Shown here in pieces: positions 1-10,839 of a stretch of DNA of 48,896 nucleotides. The position numbers and the translations under genes were made by a program. The notes below the pieces were generated by a model that saw nothing but the letters and a program-made list of their open reading frames with translations, made no database searches and had not been told where the DNA came from. How positions within the stretch are numbered: the stretch's first letter is position 1; each line of letters starts with the position of its first letter. Origin of the DNA: Asterionella formosa (taxonomy: Eukaryota); contig NKIB01013984.1 of the NCBI GenBank assembly GCA_002256025.1, positions 1 through 48,896 of the forward strand, given 5' to 3'.

Positions 1-396
1 GATTTGCCGGTTCCACAAACAAGGCAAGCTCTGATTACAAGATTCGACGATACCAATCACCGTGGTGACCAGCAGCCGCCATTCCCTCTCCATGCACCTC
101 CTATTGCTGTGGTTGTTGTTACTGCACCTCCTCCTGTTGCTATTCCCTTTCCTTCTACAACTGCTACTGCCGATCCACCATTCCGTGATGAAGTTTGAGA
201 CTCCGCAAGCAAGAAATTAGATGCAAAGAAGCTCGAGATTAATGTAATGCATCAGAAGAATTCTCCAACGATGATGCTGCCCCTGCAAAAGTGTAAAACG
301 TAAAGTAATAAGAAAATAATTTTTGTAGTATTAACGGAGTAAAAATAAACACGGTTTGGGGGTAAAATATATTCATGTACAGATAGAAAAATATGC

Positions 397-603
397 ACTG
401 TAAGCCACCGCTATGCAATAATCTTAGTGACTTTGGAAAAATTATTTCTTCATGGCTAGATACACTGAATCAAAACTGATTCCTTAATAGTATAGCAGAG
501 AGCATTGTCTAACATAAGCTTTGTACTTGCGTCAAGTTTTGATCGTTGAATTACATAAATATTTTTAGTCGAAAGATAGAGTAAAATAGCGGTGGCTTAC
601 AGT
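397..603. mobile_element. MITE-like element bounded by a perfect 18-bp inverted repeat
   Basis: ACTGTAAGCCACCGCTAT (397-414) and its exact reverse complement ATAGCGGTGGCTTACAGT (586-603) enclose AT-rich non-coding DNA. No clear TSD. Confidence 0.5.
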
Positions 604-1215
604 TTTTAAGTGGTACGAAGTACCGGATGAGCAGTCCTCCCACCAGTACATACCAGTATGTTATGCATTTCGAGACAGCCACCAAGAAACGTCACTGGCT
701 CTCCGGGTATTCCCAGGTGGATGACACTGACGTCGTCAGGGCCAATGAGAACACCGAACGACTGCCGTGCGTACCCCCATGCGCACAGCATGGCGAACTC
801 TTGGAGGCATTTCTTCGGCTCCGCCACAGCCAGCCAGATTGTTGTTTCGTCATATTCTTTGCTTAAGCTTTCCCCCTTCGTCACCATTGCATCATCATAA
901 TTCGATCTGAATATATATAGTCTAATGCGATGCTAAATTACAGTATATTCCAAGAATGTATCATCATAGAGTACGGTATTATATTATCATGTCTTTATAA
1001 GATAATACTACCGCATGATGATACTACACACAGCTACACGCACACTTTGTGAGAGTTCCATTCCCTTTTTAGCTTCAACGTCGAGAAATAAATCCTCCTC
1101 CTGTTGTGTTAATCATATTACCGGTACCATCATCAATCAGTTCCTTCTGTGTCTGTTTGTATATCATACATAAATAATAGCTGGAACAGCAACTAGTTCT
1201 ACTGCTACACCCTCA

Positions 1216-2142
1216 ATGAAGAGACCCACCGACCAAGCCAAGCTGCTCTTCTTCTACCTCCTTCGTTCGTCTGCGGCCCTCGCGACTGACAGCAAGGCTG
1301 GAGTTTCTGTTTCTGCTGCGGCTGCATATGCTGCTTCCAGCATTCATAGCTGCAGCAGCAGCAGTAGTAGTAGTAGCAGCAGCAGTGCCTTGGAGGCTGG
1401 ACATATTTGCTTGCGTCTTGCTCGACGCACAGATGTTCCCAGCATTCAACGATGCAACTTGGCCACATTACCTGAAAATTACAATTCTCAATTCTATGTT
1501 TCGCATTTACGACAATGGCCGGACTTGGCGCTTGTTGCGGAACACGTGGTCCCGTCATCGGCATCGTCTGAACCAAACATTGTAGGATACGTCTTGGGCA
1601 AGGTGGAAGTCAAGCCAGTGAGTCGGTTGAATGTGTTGCCACCAAATTCTAGTCATTTGGACCCCGACGAGTTGTATGAGTTGGGGAAACTACTGGGCCC
1701 ACCTCCACAGATGGAACCCTTGGGGCATGTTACGTCGTTGGCGGTGTTGCAAGACTACCGGCGTAATGGTGTGGCTGCGGCGTTGATGGAACAACTACAT
1801 GTGCATTTGGAGGAGTGTTACAAAGTCAAGGGAGTGGGCTTGCATGTTCGGAAATCGAATCAAGCGGCGTGCCAATTGTACGAACGAGATGGATATTGTG
1901 TGGATCAAGTCATTGAGGGGTATTATCAAGATGGAGAAGACGCATTCTTTATGAGAAAGGAATTGGAACAAACATTGGACCATGCTAAGTGGAGGTTCCG
2001 AAGGGAACGTCCTTGGGAACGACATGATGAAACTGTGCGGTTGCCACGTATGCTTACGCGGTACCAGCAGCCAGACCATCAGTCATTGGAACCACCACCC
2101 ATTTTGGAAGAAGATCTGGAAGTCATGACGGGTGCTATGTAA
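1216..2142 (+). CDS. NAA10/ARD1-like GNAT N-acetyltransferase with an N-terminal extension
   Basis: ARD1-family motifs: CNLATLPENY, WPDLALVAE, IVGYVLGK, GHVTSLAV..YRRNGVA, LHVRKSN.AA..LY, YYQDGEDA. A ~60-aa hydrophobic then Ala/Ser-rich leader precedes the domain. Confidence 0.9.
   Translation: MKRPTDQAKLLFFYLLRSSAALATDSKAGVSVSAAAAYAASSIHSCSSSSSSSSSSSALEAGHICLRLARRTDVPSIQRCNLATLPENYNSQFYVSHLRQWPDLALVAEHVVPSSASSEPNIVGYVLGKVEVKPVSRLNVLPPNSSHLDPDELYELGKLLGPPPQMEPLGHVTSLAVLQDYRRNGVAAALMEQLHVHLEECYKVKGVGLHVRKSNQAACQLYERDGYCVDQVIEGYYQDGEDAFFMRKELEQTLDHAKWRFRRERPWERHDETVRLPRMLTRYQQPDHQSLEPPPILEEDLEVMTGAM
1354..1386 (+). repeat. (AGC/AGT)n coding microsatellite, poly-Ser
   Basis: agcagcagcagtagtagtagtagcagcagcagt in frame within the leader of the GNAT ORF. 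Confidence 0.85.
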
Positions 2143-2408
2143 ATAACACAACTCAAATGTATGTCCTTCCAAGGAGTCAGTTGCCCATCATGTCACAATT
2201 ATCCATAGAAACTCCTGCTCAGTTTTGTGATTTATCATCATCATCACCATCATCATTATTAGCAACTTGTAACATTCAAACAAGTATTATACATACTATT
2301 TTTATATACAATGTCTTCACCCAAGTCTATTTGCTACAAGTTGAAAATCCTCTTTGATTGGTATTACATTAAGATTAGGGTATTCAATTGTTTTTTTCGC
2401 CATGTTTT

Positions 2409-2477
2409 GGGCCGCCCCTCGTTCGGTTAACCTACTCGCGCCTCCCAAGCCTCGCAGGCAGTCTCCCTCGGTCGTGT
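2409..2477 (-). repeat. GC-rich dispersed repeat, copy 1 (inverted relative to 15396-15482)
   Basis: The reverse complement ACACGACCGAGGGAGACTGCCTGCGAGGCTTGGGAGGCGCGAGTAGGTTAACCGAACGAGGGGCGGCCC aligns closely to 15396-15482. Confidence 0.85.
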
Positions 2478-2862
2478 CTAACCTTCATTAGTACTCTGGT
2501 ATGGTACCGGTAGAATTTTTCCAATGTCGATTCGAAGATGTTTATAGACGAGTATGAATATAGACATGTACAGCAAACGTCACTCGTCTATACCTGGTCA
2601 CCAGGTATCATTCTTGGCAAGGGCAGAAGAACAAATATATATCATTCCGGTACAGATATTTTATGATACCGGTTTGCTTACCGTAGTATGAAACACAATA
2701 TGTAGGATATTCTGGTACCTGGTATCATGCTGAGGATAATTGCAATACAAACTGTAATAAGTAATGTGATTTTCTGCCTCCTTGTTTTCTCACTTCAACG
2801 TGAACGCCAATGGCGCTGTTGCTGTAATTTCCTTTGCTCTGCTATTTGCGTTGCAACATACC

Positions 2863-4950
2863 ATGACGCTCACCAAGATTCTCTTATTGCTGGTTCAATG
2901 CATCTTATCAGCGTTGGCTCTATCCGTCAACAATAAGAACGTCCGTTTCTGTCCTCGAGCTGGAGGAATAGTTGCATCTTCGACTGCCCGTCGTGCTTCT
3001 ATCAGTTCTACAACTCCTACAACAGCTACTACTACAACTAATGCCAAAAGCGATCAAGAGGAATACACGACAACAACAATCACACAACCTACTCCAAATG
3101 CCTTTGAGCTTTTGGCAGGACGAGCATCGGCATGTTTACTCGAATCAGACATTAGGCGCAATGCCATTGGAAAACCTGGGGGGACACAAGCATCTAGTGC
3201 TACGAATTGGATCAATGATGCATCCGCGTTTGCATTACAAAAAGTATTCGATAAGATGGAACTGAAATTACCGGATAAAAGTGAATTGTTGGAGCGTGAT
3301 GAAGCAGCAACATGGATACGATGGATGAAATCGACTCCAACACCATTGATTGTAGACCTCACTACCGATTTACGAAATCAAGTTAATGAAACCATCCATG
3401 ACAAGACTCTTGAATTGATTGGGATTACTAGAAATGAATTTCTGTCACGAATGGCGTGTCGGTTGGTTTTGTTACCATCGGGGGCTACATTGCAACAGCC
3501 CTTTACGGAACCACCAGCAAGTATTATTTATGGAAAATTGTTATATGGAGGCGTCACAAGATATCGTCTCTTGCCGGGAGGTAGTAGCACTTCCAATAGA
3601 CGCAGAGCGGGAGAACGGACACAAGTCAAATCTTCTATCCGGGATTCTATTCCAGTTTGGATGATGTATGGTGGACCGGAGAGATCCTATGATTGTGTGG
3701 ACATGGGGGCTGCAGCTGTTTTAGAACTAATTCTATTGCCACCGGGAACAAGTATGCCGAACATAAGTATGGAAAAAGGAGGTGGAGATATGGTTGTGAC
3801 TCGTCTGGTTTGGTCACCTCGCAAAATGTTGGACTACAATGTTGATTCTACCACGAGTGAAGAAAATATCAGCGACGAAATGGCTCTTTTGGGATTCATT
3901 CCTTCTGCTCTTTCTGGAAAGGCAAGGAATGACGCGTTTCAATCTGATTTTAGATCATCGGTTGGGGGATTGCAGCCACAAATTGACGCCATTGTCCGGC
4001 GTGTACTAGATGGACGTGTCATCAGACCAGCCGACCAAGACACCAACAACAATGTCGATATAGATGAAACGACTAGAGCTCTTGCATCTGCTGCCATGGA
4101 AGCTGAGGAATTGGCTTTGTTGGGATTGACTCCTGTTAGAGGCTTATTGTTATATGGTCCTCCAGGATGTGGTAAGACTGCCTTGGCAAGGGAAATTTCG
4201 AAAGCTCTTCAAGCACGGCAACCTAAAATAGTGTCAGCACCAGAATTATTGGATCGATGGGTGGGCGGATCAGAAAAATTGGTCCGGGCCTTGTTTTCGG
4301 ATGCAGAAGCGGAACTTGCTGCATGTAACAATGATGTTTCCAAATCTGCCCTCCATGTTATTGTCATTGATGAAATTGATGCTGTTTTTCGGAAAAGATC
4401 GTCGGGTGAGGACAGTGGGGAATCTACGAGAGCATCGGCTGTGAATCAAATTTTGTCAAAATTAGATGGGATTGATGCCATCCCCAATGTACTGATGATT
4501 GGAATGACAAATCGCCGGGAGCTGTTGGACGAAGCTCTTTTGCGTCCTGGGCGATTGGAAGTTCAGATTGAAATCCCTCTTCCCAACAAAGAAGGACGGA
4601 GAGAGATTTTGCAAATTCATTTCGATGCCCTGAGACGAAGGGGGCGATTAAGCCAGCCACTGTGTTGTGCGATTGATGGAGTGGCAGGGTGGAATGGAGA
4701 GGCAGTTGTTTCTAAGCGAGGAAGAGTGCGAAATGCAGTGCGTAGTCTATTCGCAGCTACTAACTTCATCCAGCCAACCTTTGATTTAGCCACTGTAACG
4801 AATGGGTTTTCAGGAGCTGATATTGCGGGACTCGTTCGTTGCGCGGGATCGCTGGCCCTTTCCCGAGCCCGCAAGGATGGTAGCGGAGTACAGGGTTTGC
4901 TAATTACTCTCGAGGATGTGAAACAAAGTTTGAAAGAGGTGAAGCGATAG
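2863..4950 (+). CDS. AAA+ ATPase with a single NSF/Sec18 D1-like module, unknown N-terminal region and predicted signal peptide
   Basis: Walker [30 protein letters not shown], Walker [42 protein letters not shown]. First ATG at 2863 gives [20 protein letters not shown]. Confidence 0.88.
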   Translation: MTLTKILLLLVQCILSALALSVNNKNVRFCPRAGGIVASSTARRASISSTTPTTATTTTNAKSDQEEYTTTTITQPTPNAFELLAGRASACLLESDIRRNAIGKPGGTQASSATNWINDASAFALQKVFDKMELKLPDKSELLERDEAATWIRWMKSTPTPLIVDLTTDLRNQVNETIHDKTLELIGITRNEFLSRMACRLVLLPSGATLQQPFTEPPASIIYGKLLYGGVTRYRLLPGGSSTSNRRRAGERTQVKSSIRDSIPVWMMYGGPERSYDCVDMGAAAVLELILLPPGTSMPNISMEKGGGDMVVTRLVWSPRKMLDYNVDSTTSEENISDEMALLGFIPSALSGKARNDAFQSDFRSSVGGLQPQIDAIVRRVLDGRVIRPADQDTNNNVDIDETTRALASAAMEAEELALLGLTPVRGLLLYGPPGCGKTALAREISKALQARQPKIVSAPELLDRWVGGSEKLVRALFSDAEAELAACNNDVSKSALHVIVIDEIDAVFRKRSSGEDSGESTRASAVNQILSKLDGIDAIPNVLMIGMTNRRELLDEALLRPGRLEVQIEIPLPNKEGRREILQIHFDALRRRGRLSQPLCCAIDGVAGWNGEAVVSKRGRVRNAVRSLFAATNFIQPTFDLATVTNGFSGADIAGLVRCAGSLALSRARKDGSGVQGLLITLEDVKQSLKEVKR

Positions 4951-5079
4951 TTCCAGACCCATTGTCTTTCAGCCTTGAAGCAGTCCTCTCCATCGTTATG
5001 TCAGATACTGGTTACGATGCAAGGTAACCACCAGTTAGTATAAACAATGAACCATTAAATTCCACCTTGGCGAATCCTA

Positions 5080-5530
5080 TGTACCGTATTCCCAGGTACC
5101 AGGGCTACATAGGTTCGCCATGGTACTGGTATGGTGGTACTACACAATACTAGTAGACTAGGGCCGTTAGGGTTAATGTAAATGCACATGTACCAACGGT
5201 ATGGATTCTAAACTACCGCGGTACCAGGTACCAGGTAATACTAATGGTAACTGACCTGGTACCGGACCAGGTACGGTACCTGGTACCGGGATACGGTAGA
5301 CGACTGGTACAAGTTCCCTGGTATGGTATACCAGGTTACCACTGGTCCGGTAAAACACGGTGTTTACTTAAGAACAGATCAGCTAAATATCTCGATTACA
5401 GGATCTTACTACCTGGTACTTGTACGAGTACTGTATGAGGGTAGTTACCAGGTACCAGGTACCAAGGTAAGAACGACAAGGAATGTGAAGATACTACCGG
5501 TATGCACGCGGGTACATGCCGGTACTAACA
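5080..5530. repeat. GGTACC / TACC(A/T)GGTA-rich palindromic low-complexity tract (densest example)
   Basis: Many ggtacc, taccaggta, tacctggta and taccggta words. Perfect hairpin ACCAGGTAC-G-GTACCTGGT at 5266-5284. Confidence 0.8.
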
Positions 5531-5595
5531 ACACACCATCAAGCTCATCATCAGCCTGCACCATTTTTTCCATCTGGTTAGCTCAGTGTTTCAGA

Positions 5596-6243
5596 ATGAC
5601 ATGCTCTGACCTTTCCACCATTGTCATTACAGTGGCCGTAACTCAGCTTATCTGCGACCTCCTCGCTCGACGCTTTGTGTTTCAGAAAGAGCCGTACGAA
5701 CGAGCATTGGCTCGACTTGGTCGGATGCAATTCCAGCAAACCAAATTTCAGGCCAACAACAAGCACGACACCACTAGCAAAAAGGCACAACGTATCCAAA
5801 GTGACTTAGACGAGGCCAGAGCGCATGTCGCCAAGCAGCATACTGTGCCACAAATATTGACCAGCGTGGTATTTATCGTCTTGTACCGCATCTTAACTAC
5901 CGAGCACGCGGGGCATGTCATTGGTGTATTGCCGTTCACTCCACCCTTTAAGTGGGTTCTACGCTTGACCATGCGAGGGATTGACTTTGGTGACGCCGAT
6001 ATGGTGCTCCCGTCCTCGTCGAGTGTTACAGACCCGACACAGGCGGCGGCGTTCTTGTTCATTTATGGATTATGCACCTTGTCAGTGAAGTATTATGTAC
6101 ATGAAGCTGTGGCAGTCAAGCCTCCCAAGGGAGCGGATGGAGGATTTATGACAATTATGGATGATCCCAAGAATCAGAAACTGCTAAAAGTTTGGGGACT
6201 AGATAAGGGCAGTATGGAAGAGTACGACAAGAGGACGTCATGA
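5596..6243 (+). CDS. TMCO1: TMCO1-like (DUF106/Oxa1 superfamily) membrane protein
   Basis: Layout is TM1, coiled coil, TM2, then GHVIGVLPFTP (cf. GRVVAKLPFTP) and AFLFIYGLCTLSVK (cf. SFIFLYILCTMSIR). I take the ATG at 5596 as start because the upstream in-frame part is GGTACC repeat. Confidence 0.8.
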   Translation: MTCSDLSTIVITVAVTQLICDLLARRFVFQKEPYERALARLGRMQFQQTKFQANNKHDTTSKKAQRIQSDLDEARAHVAKQHTVPQILTSVVFIVLYRILTTEHAGHVIGVLPFTPPFKWVLRLTMRGIDFGDADMVLPSSSSVTDPTQAAAFLFIYGLCTLSVKYYVHEAVAVKPPKGADGGFMTIMDDPKNQKLLKVWGLDKGSMEEYDKRTS

Positions 6244-7133
6244 GACGAACAAATGAGCCATACTCCAATAGTCTCCTAATCTTTCCTAAACAATATTGCT
6301 CCAATAAATTGCAAATTTCTGTACATATGTTATTCATCTACTTGAGGCAGTGGGAAAATTAATTGAGTAAAGTTACATTTTTGCTGATTTTAATACAAAG
6401 ATGGAGTCTACTGGGAGACTTTTAATATGCATAGCTACCTACCGTGATTCCCTGCACGACAAACTTCGTTTTGAGACTGTTCCAATGCCATTTTATGTTC
6501 TATCTTATGGATTGAATTGAAAGTAAATTGAAGCTATCTTATAATGTGCCAATTTCCCACACCGACTGGTAGACTGCTACCCCACGAGCAATTTATGCAT
6601 ACAAGTATGGAGACGCATTCATAATTTCGCGAGGGATCCATACTACCTGTAGTAGTATGCTTGGATTGGAGTCGTAGTTACACAATGAAACTTAGAACAA
6701 GAGTGTATGAATAGATGCTAGCTACTAGCTTCTTAGTATTTCTAGTATCCAGGTTCTTTTAGTCACTCTAAAACCAATGACAGTCAGGTTGGTGCATGCA
6801 ACGAAATACCAATCTGTGTGACAGCAAGGCACTGGCATATACTTATAGGAGCTGCTCAACTCCCTATTCACTGTCTAGAAATATTGTCATGTTCAAATCT
6901 AGTGTTTATAGATTACTACCATCATTGGAAAAAGCTGTTCTGGTGTCAGGAACTGTGATCTAATTTATTTAGTAGCATAGTACCGTTATTTATTTATTTT
7001 TGGGTAGTATCTACAGCCATCAGTAATGATACAACTTGCCTTTGTTGTCTAATCTAATGAAATTTTCTATTGTAAAGAAAAGTGATCAATTTATCAAATC
7101 GCACCAAAAATCTGTCAGTTCTTAACGGATGTG

Positions 7134-7577
7134 TCACCACTGCCAAGCCGCTCTCGTCCACCATCTACAATTCAGTGTACATTTTGTATTAGGAGGAGGA
7201 AACGCACGAGAGCAAGCTGCATTTTCAGCATCCACTAGCAACTTTAGGACGGCATGGAAATGATGATTGTCAACAGGGTATGACAATTTTGCCAAATCCA
7301 AAGGAGTACGGGCACAAAAAGTCTTAGAATGTATGGAGGAAGGGTATTCAGAAATCAATGCTTCAATAAGTTCTGGTGGGCCGCCGACTTCACAAGCTAG
7401 GTGAAGGGGCAGGTAACCAAATCGTGACAAGATAACTACTTCCGGCTCCATTTTAAGCTTCGTCGCCGCTTCATTCCATTGATGGTTTTGAATGAGGTAA
7501 TGCAGAGAAGTGGCTGTAGTAGACATGGATGTTTGTGGAGCATTACCTTTGCAAAAGTTGTGGAAAAGTAGAAACAT
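7134..7577 (-). CDS. small ankyrin-repeat-like protein
   Basis: GYLPLHLACEVGGPPELIEALISEYP and TPLDLA are ankyrin-like motifs. Start codon uncertain. Confidence 0.7.
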   Translation of the reverse strand: MFLLFHNFCKGNAPQTSMSTTATSLHYLIQNHQWNEAATKLKMEPEVVILSRFGYLPLHLACEVGGPPELIEALISEYPSSIHSKTFCARTPLDLAKLSYPVDNHHFHAVLKLLVDAENAACSRAFPPPNTKCTLNCRWWTRAAWQW

Positions 7578-8418
7578 TAGGTTTATTACCAGCGTATTTG
7601 CTTTGCGGTTGGCAGGATGTTGCTAGAGTGCGAAATTTAACCTTGCAGTAGCAGTAGCGTCATTCGTCGATGTTATGTCATGATGCATTCTGATTTCTTT
7701 AGTTTGAGTGATGGTCATTAGTTCATCCTCGTGAACGCCTCTATGATATGTTGCATGACTTAAAATACTAACAGGTACCGGTATCGGTATCAATATTAGC
7801 TGTGCATACATGTGTAATTGACTGCCGATAACTTGGTGTTACATCGTCGACGTAATATCTATCTTTACCTGGTATGTCTACCATTCCTGGACTACCCCGG
7901 CACATAGTTATTTCTAGAGTAATAGTTTCGAGAGTAGGTAGGAAAATATGTGGTAGTCTCCACTAGGAATACTGTAGTATATATGCCGGTATATACCAGC
8001 AGTGACCGCATATATGAAGCGCTTTGAAACTACCGGTACTTTATTGCTAGCTCGCGTAGCGCTTCTAGGAGTAGTTATTATACTTCGCTCTACAAGTCGA
8101 GTACCAGTACTGACATGATTCACCATGAGATTGAAATTGATTATGGGATTGGGAATGTTGGTTCAAGTGATAACAATGGCTTGAGGTTGATTTTTGAAGT
8201 CTGGATTTGCAAAAAGCTATCTGTTACTTTGGAAAGTGTAGCAACTGGTAGTCTATTCAATATAGTTTGTTGAAAGAAGGCATCAAACAAACCCAAGAAA
8301 AATCCAATCACAATAGTCTACCGTATACTAGAATAGGCTATATAATCTTCCATGTGGCTGTCCCATTTTGCTGCTGTCCCATGCATTGTGTACTGTAGTG
8401 TACTCTATCATAATTTCT

Positions 8419-8835
8419 TCATTGCGTAATAGCAGGAATTGGTGGTCGCGCTGTTGGGTTGGCTTCTTGCAAAACGGATATGGAATCGCCCTTGATTAAA
8501 ATCCTTCCAATCTCAGTTCGTTTGTTATTCAAGACTTCGACAGCATCATCCAATGTCATATTCATATACTCGTCAAATCCAATGATTTGACCTTCAATTT
8601 GTAATTTGGTATCTTCATACAACCATAATTTGATGCGAGTCTTGTTCTGTAGTAGTAGAAGTAGTAGTGTGCATTCAAAGTGATGGTAAAAGGTTAGTCA
8701 AGAATAACATCAACAACAAAACACTCCCGTTGATTCGCTCGTTTTTGTAACTTGACGTACCTGTAAATGGGAAAATATGACATTGATTGGCAATGTCATG
8801 ACCTTTTTAACTCGTTTAGGAGGTGGTGGAGCCAT
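8419..8835 (-). CDS. SNRPE: small nuclear ribonucleoprotein E (SmE), 2 exons: 8835-8761 and 8646-8419
   Basis: Exon 1 reads KVMTLPINVIFSHLQ. A GT..AG intron spans 8760-8647. Exon 2 reads NKTRIKLWLYE...IEGQIIGFDEYMNMTLDDAVEV...GRILIKGDSI, canonical Sm motifs, and the frame joins cleanly. Confidence 0.95.
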
Positions 8836-10839
8836 GATGAGGGTTGCTGGCGTAATAAGTGGCGAGAGACAGAGACAGAGGGAGAGAAAGAGTGCGCCGC
8901 CGACGACGAATGTAACCAAATTCGGTGTATGAAGTTTTATGATATACACCGAGTATAAAATAAAGCAACACTCGGAGCACCATCAATCATCACTCAACGT
9001 TATTTAATTACCGGTACATAGCACATGGTTCCGGTTGGAATATATAACAGATACCGATATATCATGTGGTGATGTTACGTTGGAAATGATGTTGCTTTCT
9101 CGGCTGCGTCTCTACTGATACCTATCTGTAGATGCTACATTTGGCGTGGTGTACCTGGTAGAGTACTACCGGTATACCTCTATATTTTGTGTAAACTACT
9201 AGCCTGGTAACAGGGTTCGTGATACCGGTAATGGAATCATGTTCACTTGCTTACCACCCAAATGTACACCCAAACACATGCAACCATCGCCATAGTCAAA
9301 CGTTTGTATTTTCCAGGTTGTTTTAGTCGGTTTTTCCCCTAGGTAAAACTTCTTTTTCGAGTTTCACCAAAATTTAGTGGAGTCTCTCAACAAATACCTG
9401 TGGTACTTCATGTTACTCCTTGCTTATTTTGGAAAAATTGGCATGATATAGCTACCCCTCAAACACAATTAACCATGACAAAACCACAAGCAATGCTAAA
9501 TCATCAATTGATTGACAATGGTGGTGCTTTTGGTAGTGTCAGTGACCTCATAAATAGGGTAAATGATAGCGAACTATAGGAAATAATGATTAGCTATTAT
9601 TGTATGCATGTTTTTGGGCACCACTTTGACAATCTGATGGATCAGTAGGCCGTTCACCAGTAATTTGCATGCAAGTGGCAAATAGAAAGTATATCTCCGA
9701 ACAACCCATCTGAGAATCGTGTTTGCCACTCCTCCATTGCTACAGCTGTAGATACTAGAATAATACTTTTGTTGCTTCCTTCTTGTTTGTCCCTGCTGAT
9801 CTGTTGATTGTTGTGTTCTTGCTGGAAACCTTTGCCAATCGGTTGCCAATGTCCGACTTGAAGAATATTATGACTTCCATTGGGAAAATTATCATTCAAA
9901 TCAACCCAATATCGCTCGTATCATCATTATTGCTCCTTCCACAAGAAAGAAGAGGAATGAAAATGGACAATTGAGTAGATTCTGATGGACATGCTGTTGT
10001 GTGACAATTTCCGGTTTGTTCTTGCTCATCACTTACTATTGGAAAGTTACTCTGTTTGATTTTCACATTGAGGACACTGGTGTGCACAATTCCCTCAGCT
10101 CCAGGCAACTGCCTAAACACTAGTACAATCAACCTGTGAGGTGCTGCAATACAAAAACGAAGCAATCAAGACAAATGGAGGACAAGGATCACAATTCCGG
10201 AGGTGTGTGACAAAGTAATAATTATGGTGAAGTTGGATTGTTCACTGTGCTAACTCTACCATGTTGTGATCACAGGGAGAACAAAGCCAACAAAGGTCTC
10301 TATGAACAGACATATGAGTGATGAATTTCCAAAATTATCAAATCGCGATTTTCTACTTCTACTACATGCATCTCTTCTTGGCTGGCAGTATTGCAGACTT
10401 AAGCTTTGATATGCCATGCATATCTGACCAAATCAACGCAGTGTATGATGACTGAGGCTGGACCAGGGAATCTTGATTCATGTATATCCCAGTAAGTAAA
10501 CTATTGGGAAGCAAAGTGCAGGCTTTGTTTTTGCCATGTAATATGATACATGCATACTTAACGGAACTGTGCACAATTTGTACTACTACCGGTACAAGTG
10601 TACTTCTACATAGACTACCAGGTACCACAAATTATCACATAGTACCTCGGTACCTGGTAGCTGCTATATTTTAATGCATCGGGTGACCTTTGTCTCTCCT
10701 GCCTCCAACGACGGCATCCGCCAGTTAGTATATACCGGTATATACTACTCCGTAGCATACATGTAGCTCTAATAATATGACTAATGCCACCATTTTGAAC
10801 ATTGCATCGATGTAGAGTTGCAATCAATCAGACAGTATC

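Noticed and set aside
1..198. Plus-strand ORF tail (DLPVPQTRQALITRF...) that may be a transposase C-terminus
   Set aside because: Cut by the window edge and has no diagnostic motif, so it cannot be supported.
606..887. GC-richer patch with overlapping short ORFs on both strands
   Set aside because: No recognisable motif and no way to choose a frame without expression data.
5323..5595. N-terminal 91 aa of the 306-aa ORF, and similar VPGT/YQV/GTWY-rich short ORFs
   Set aside because: These are translations of the GGTACC-rich repeat. TMCO1 similarity begins at the ATG at 5596.
9560..10350. Possible decayed transposase remnant
   Set aside because: Looks like eroded coding DNA, but I could not assemble consistent family motifs.
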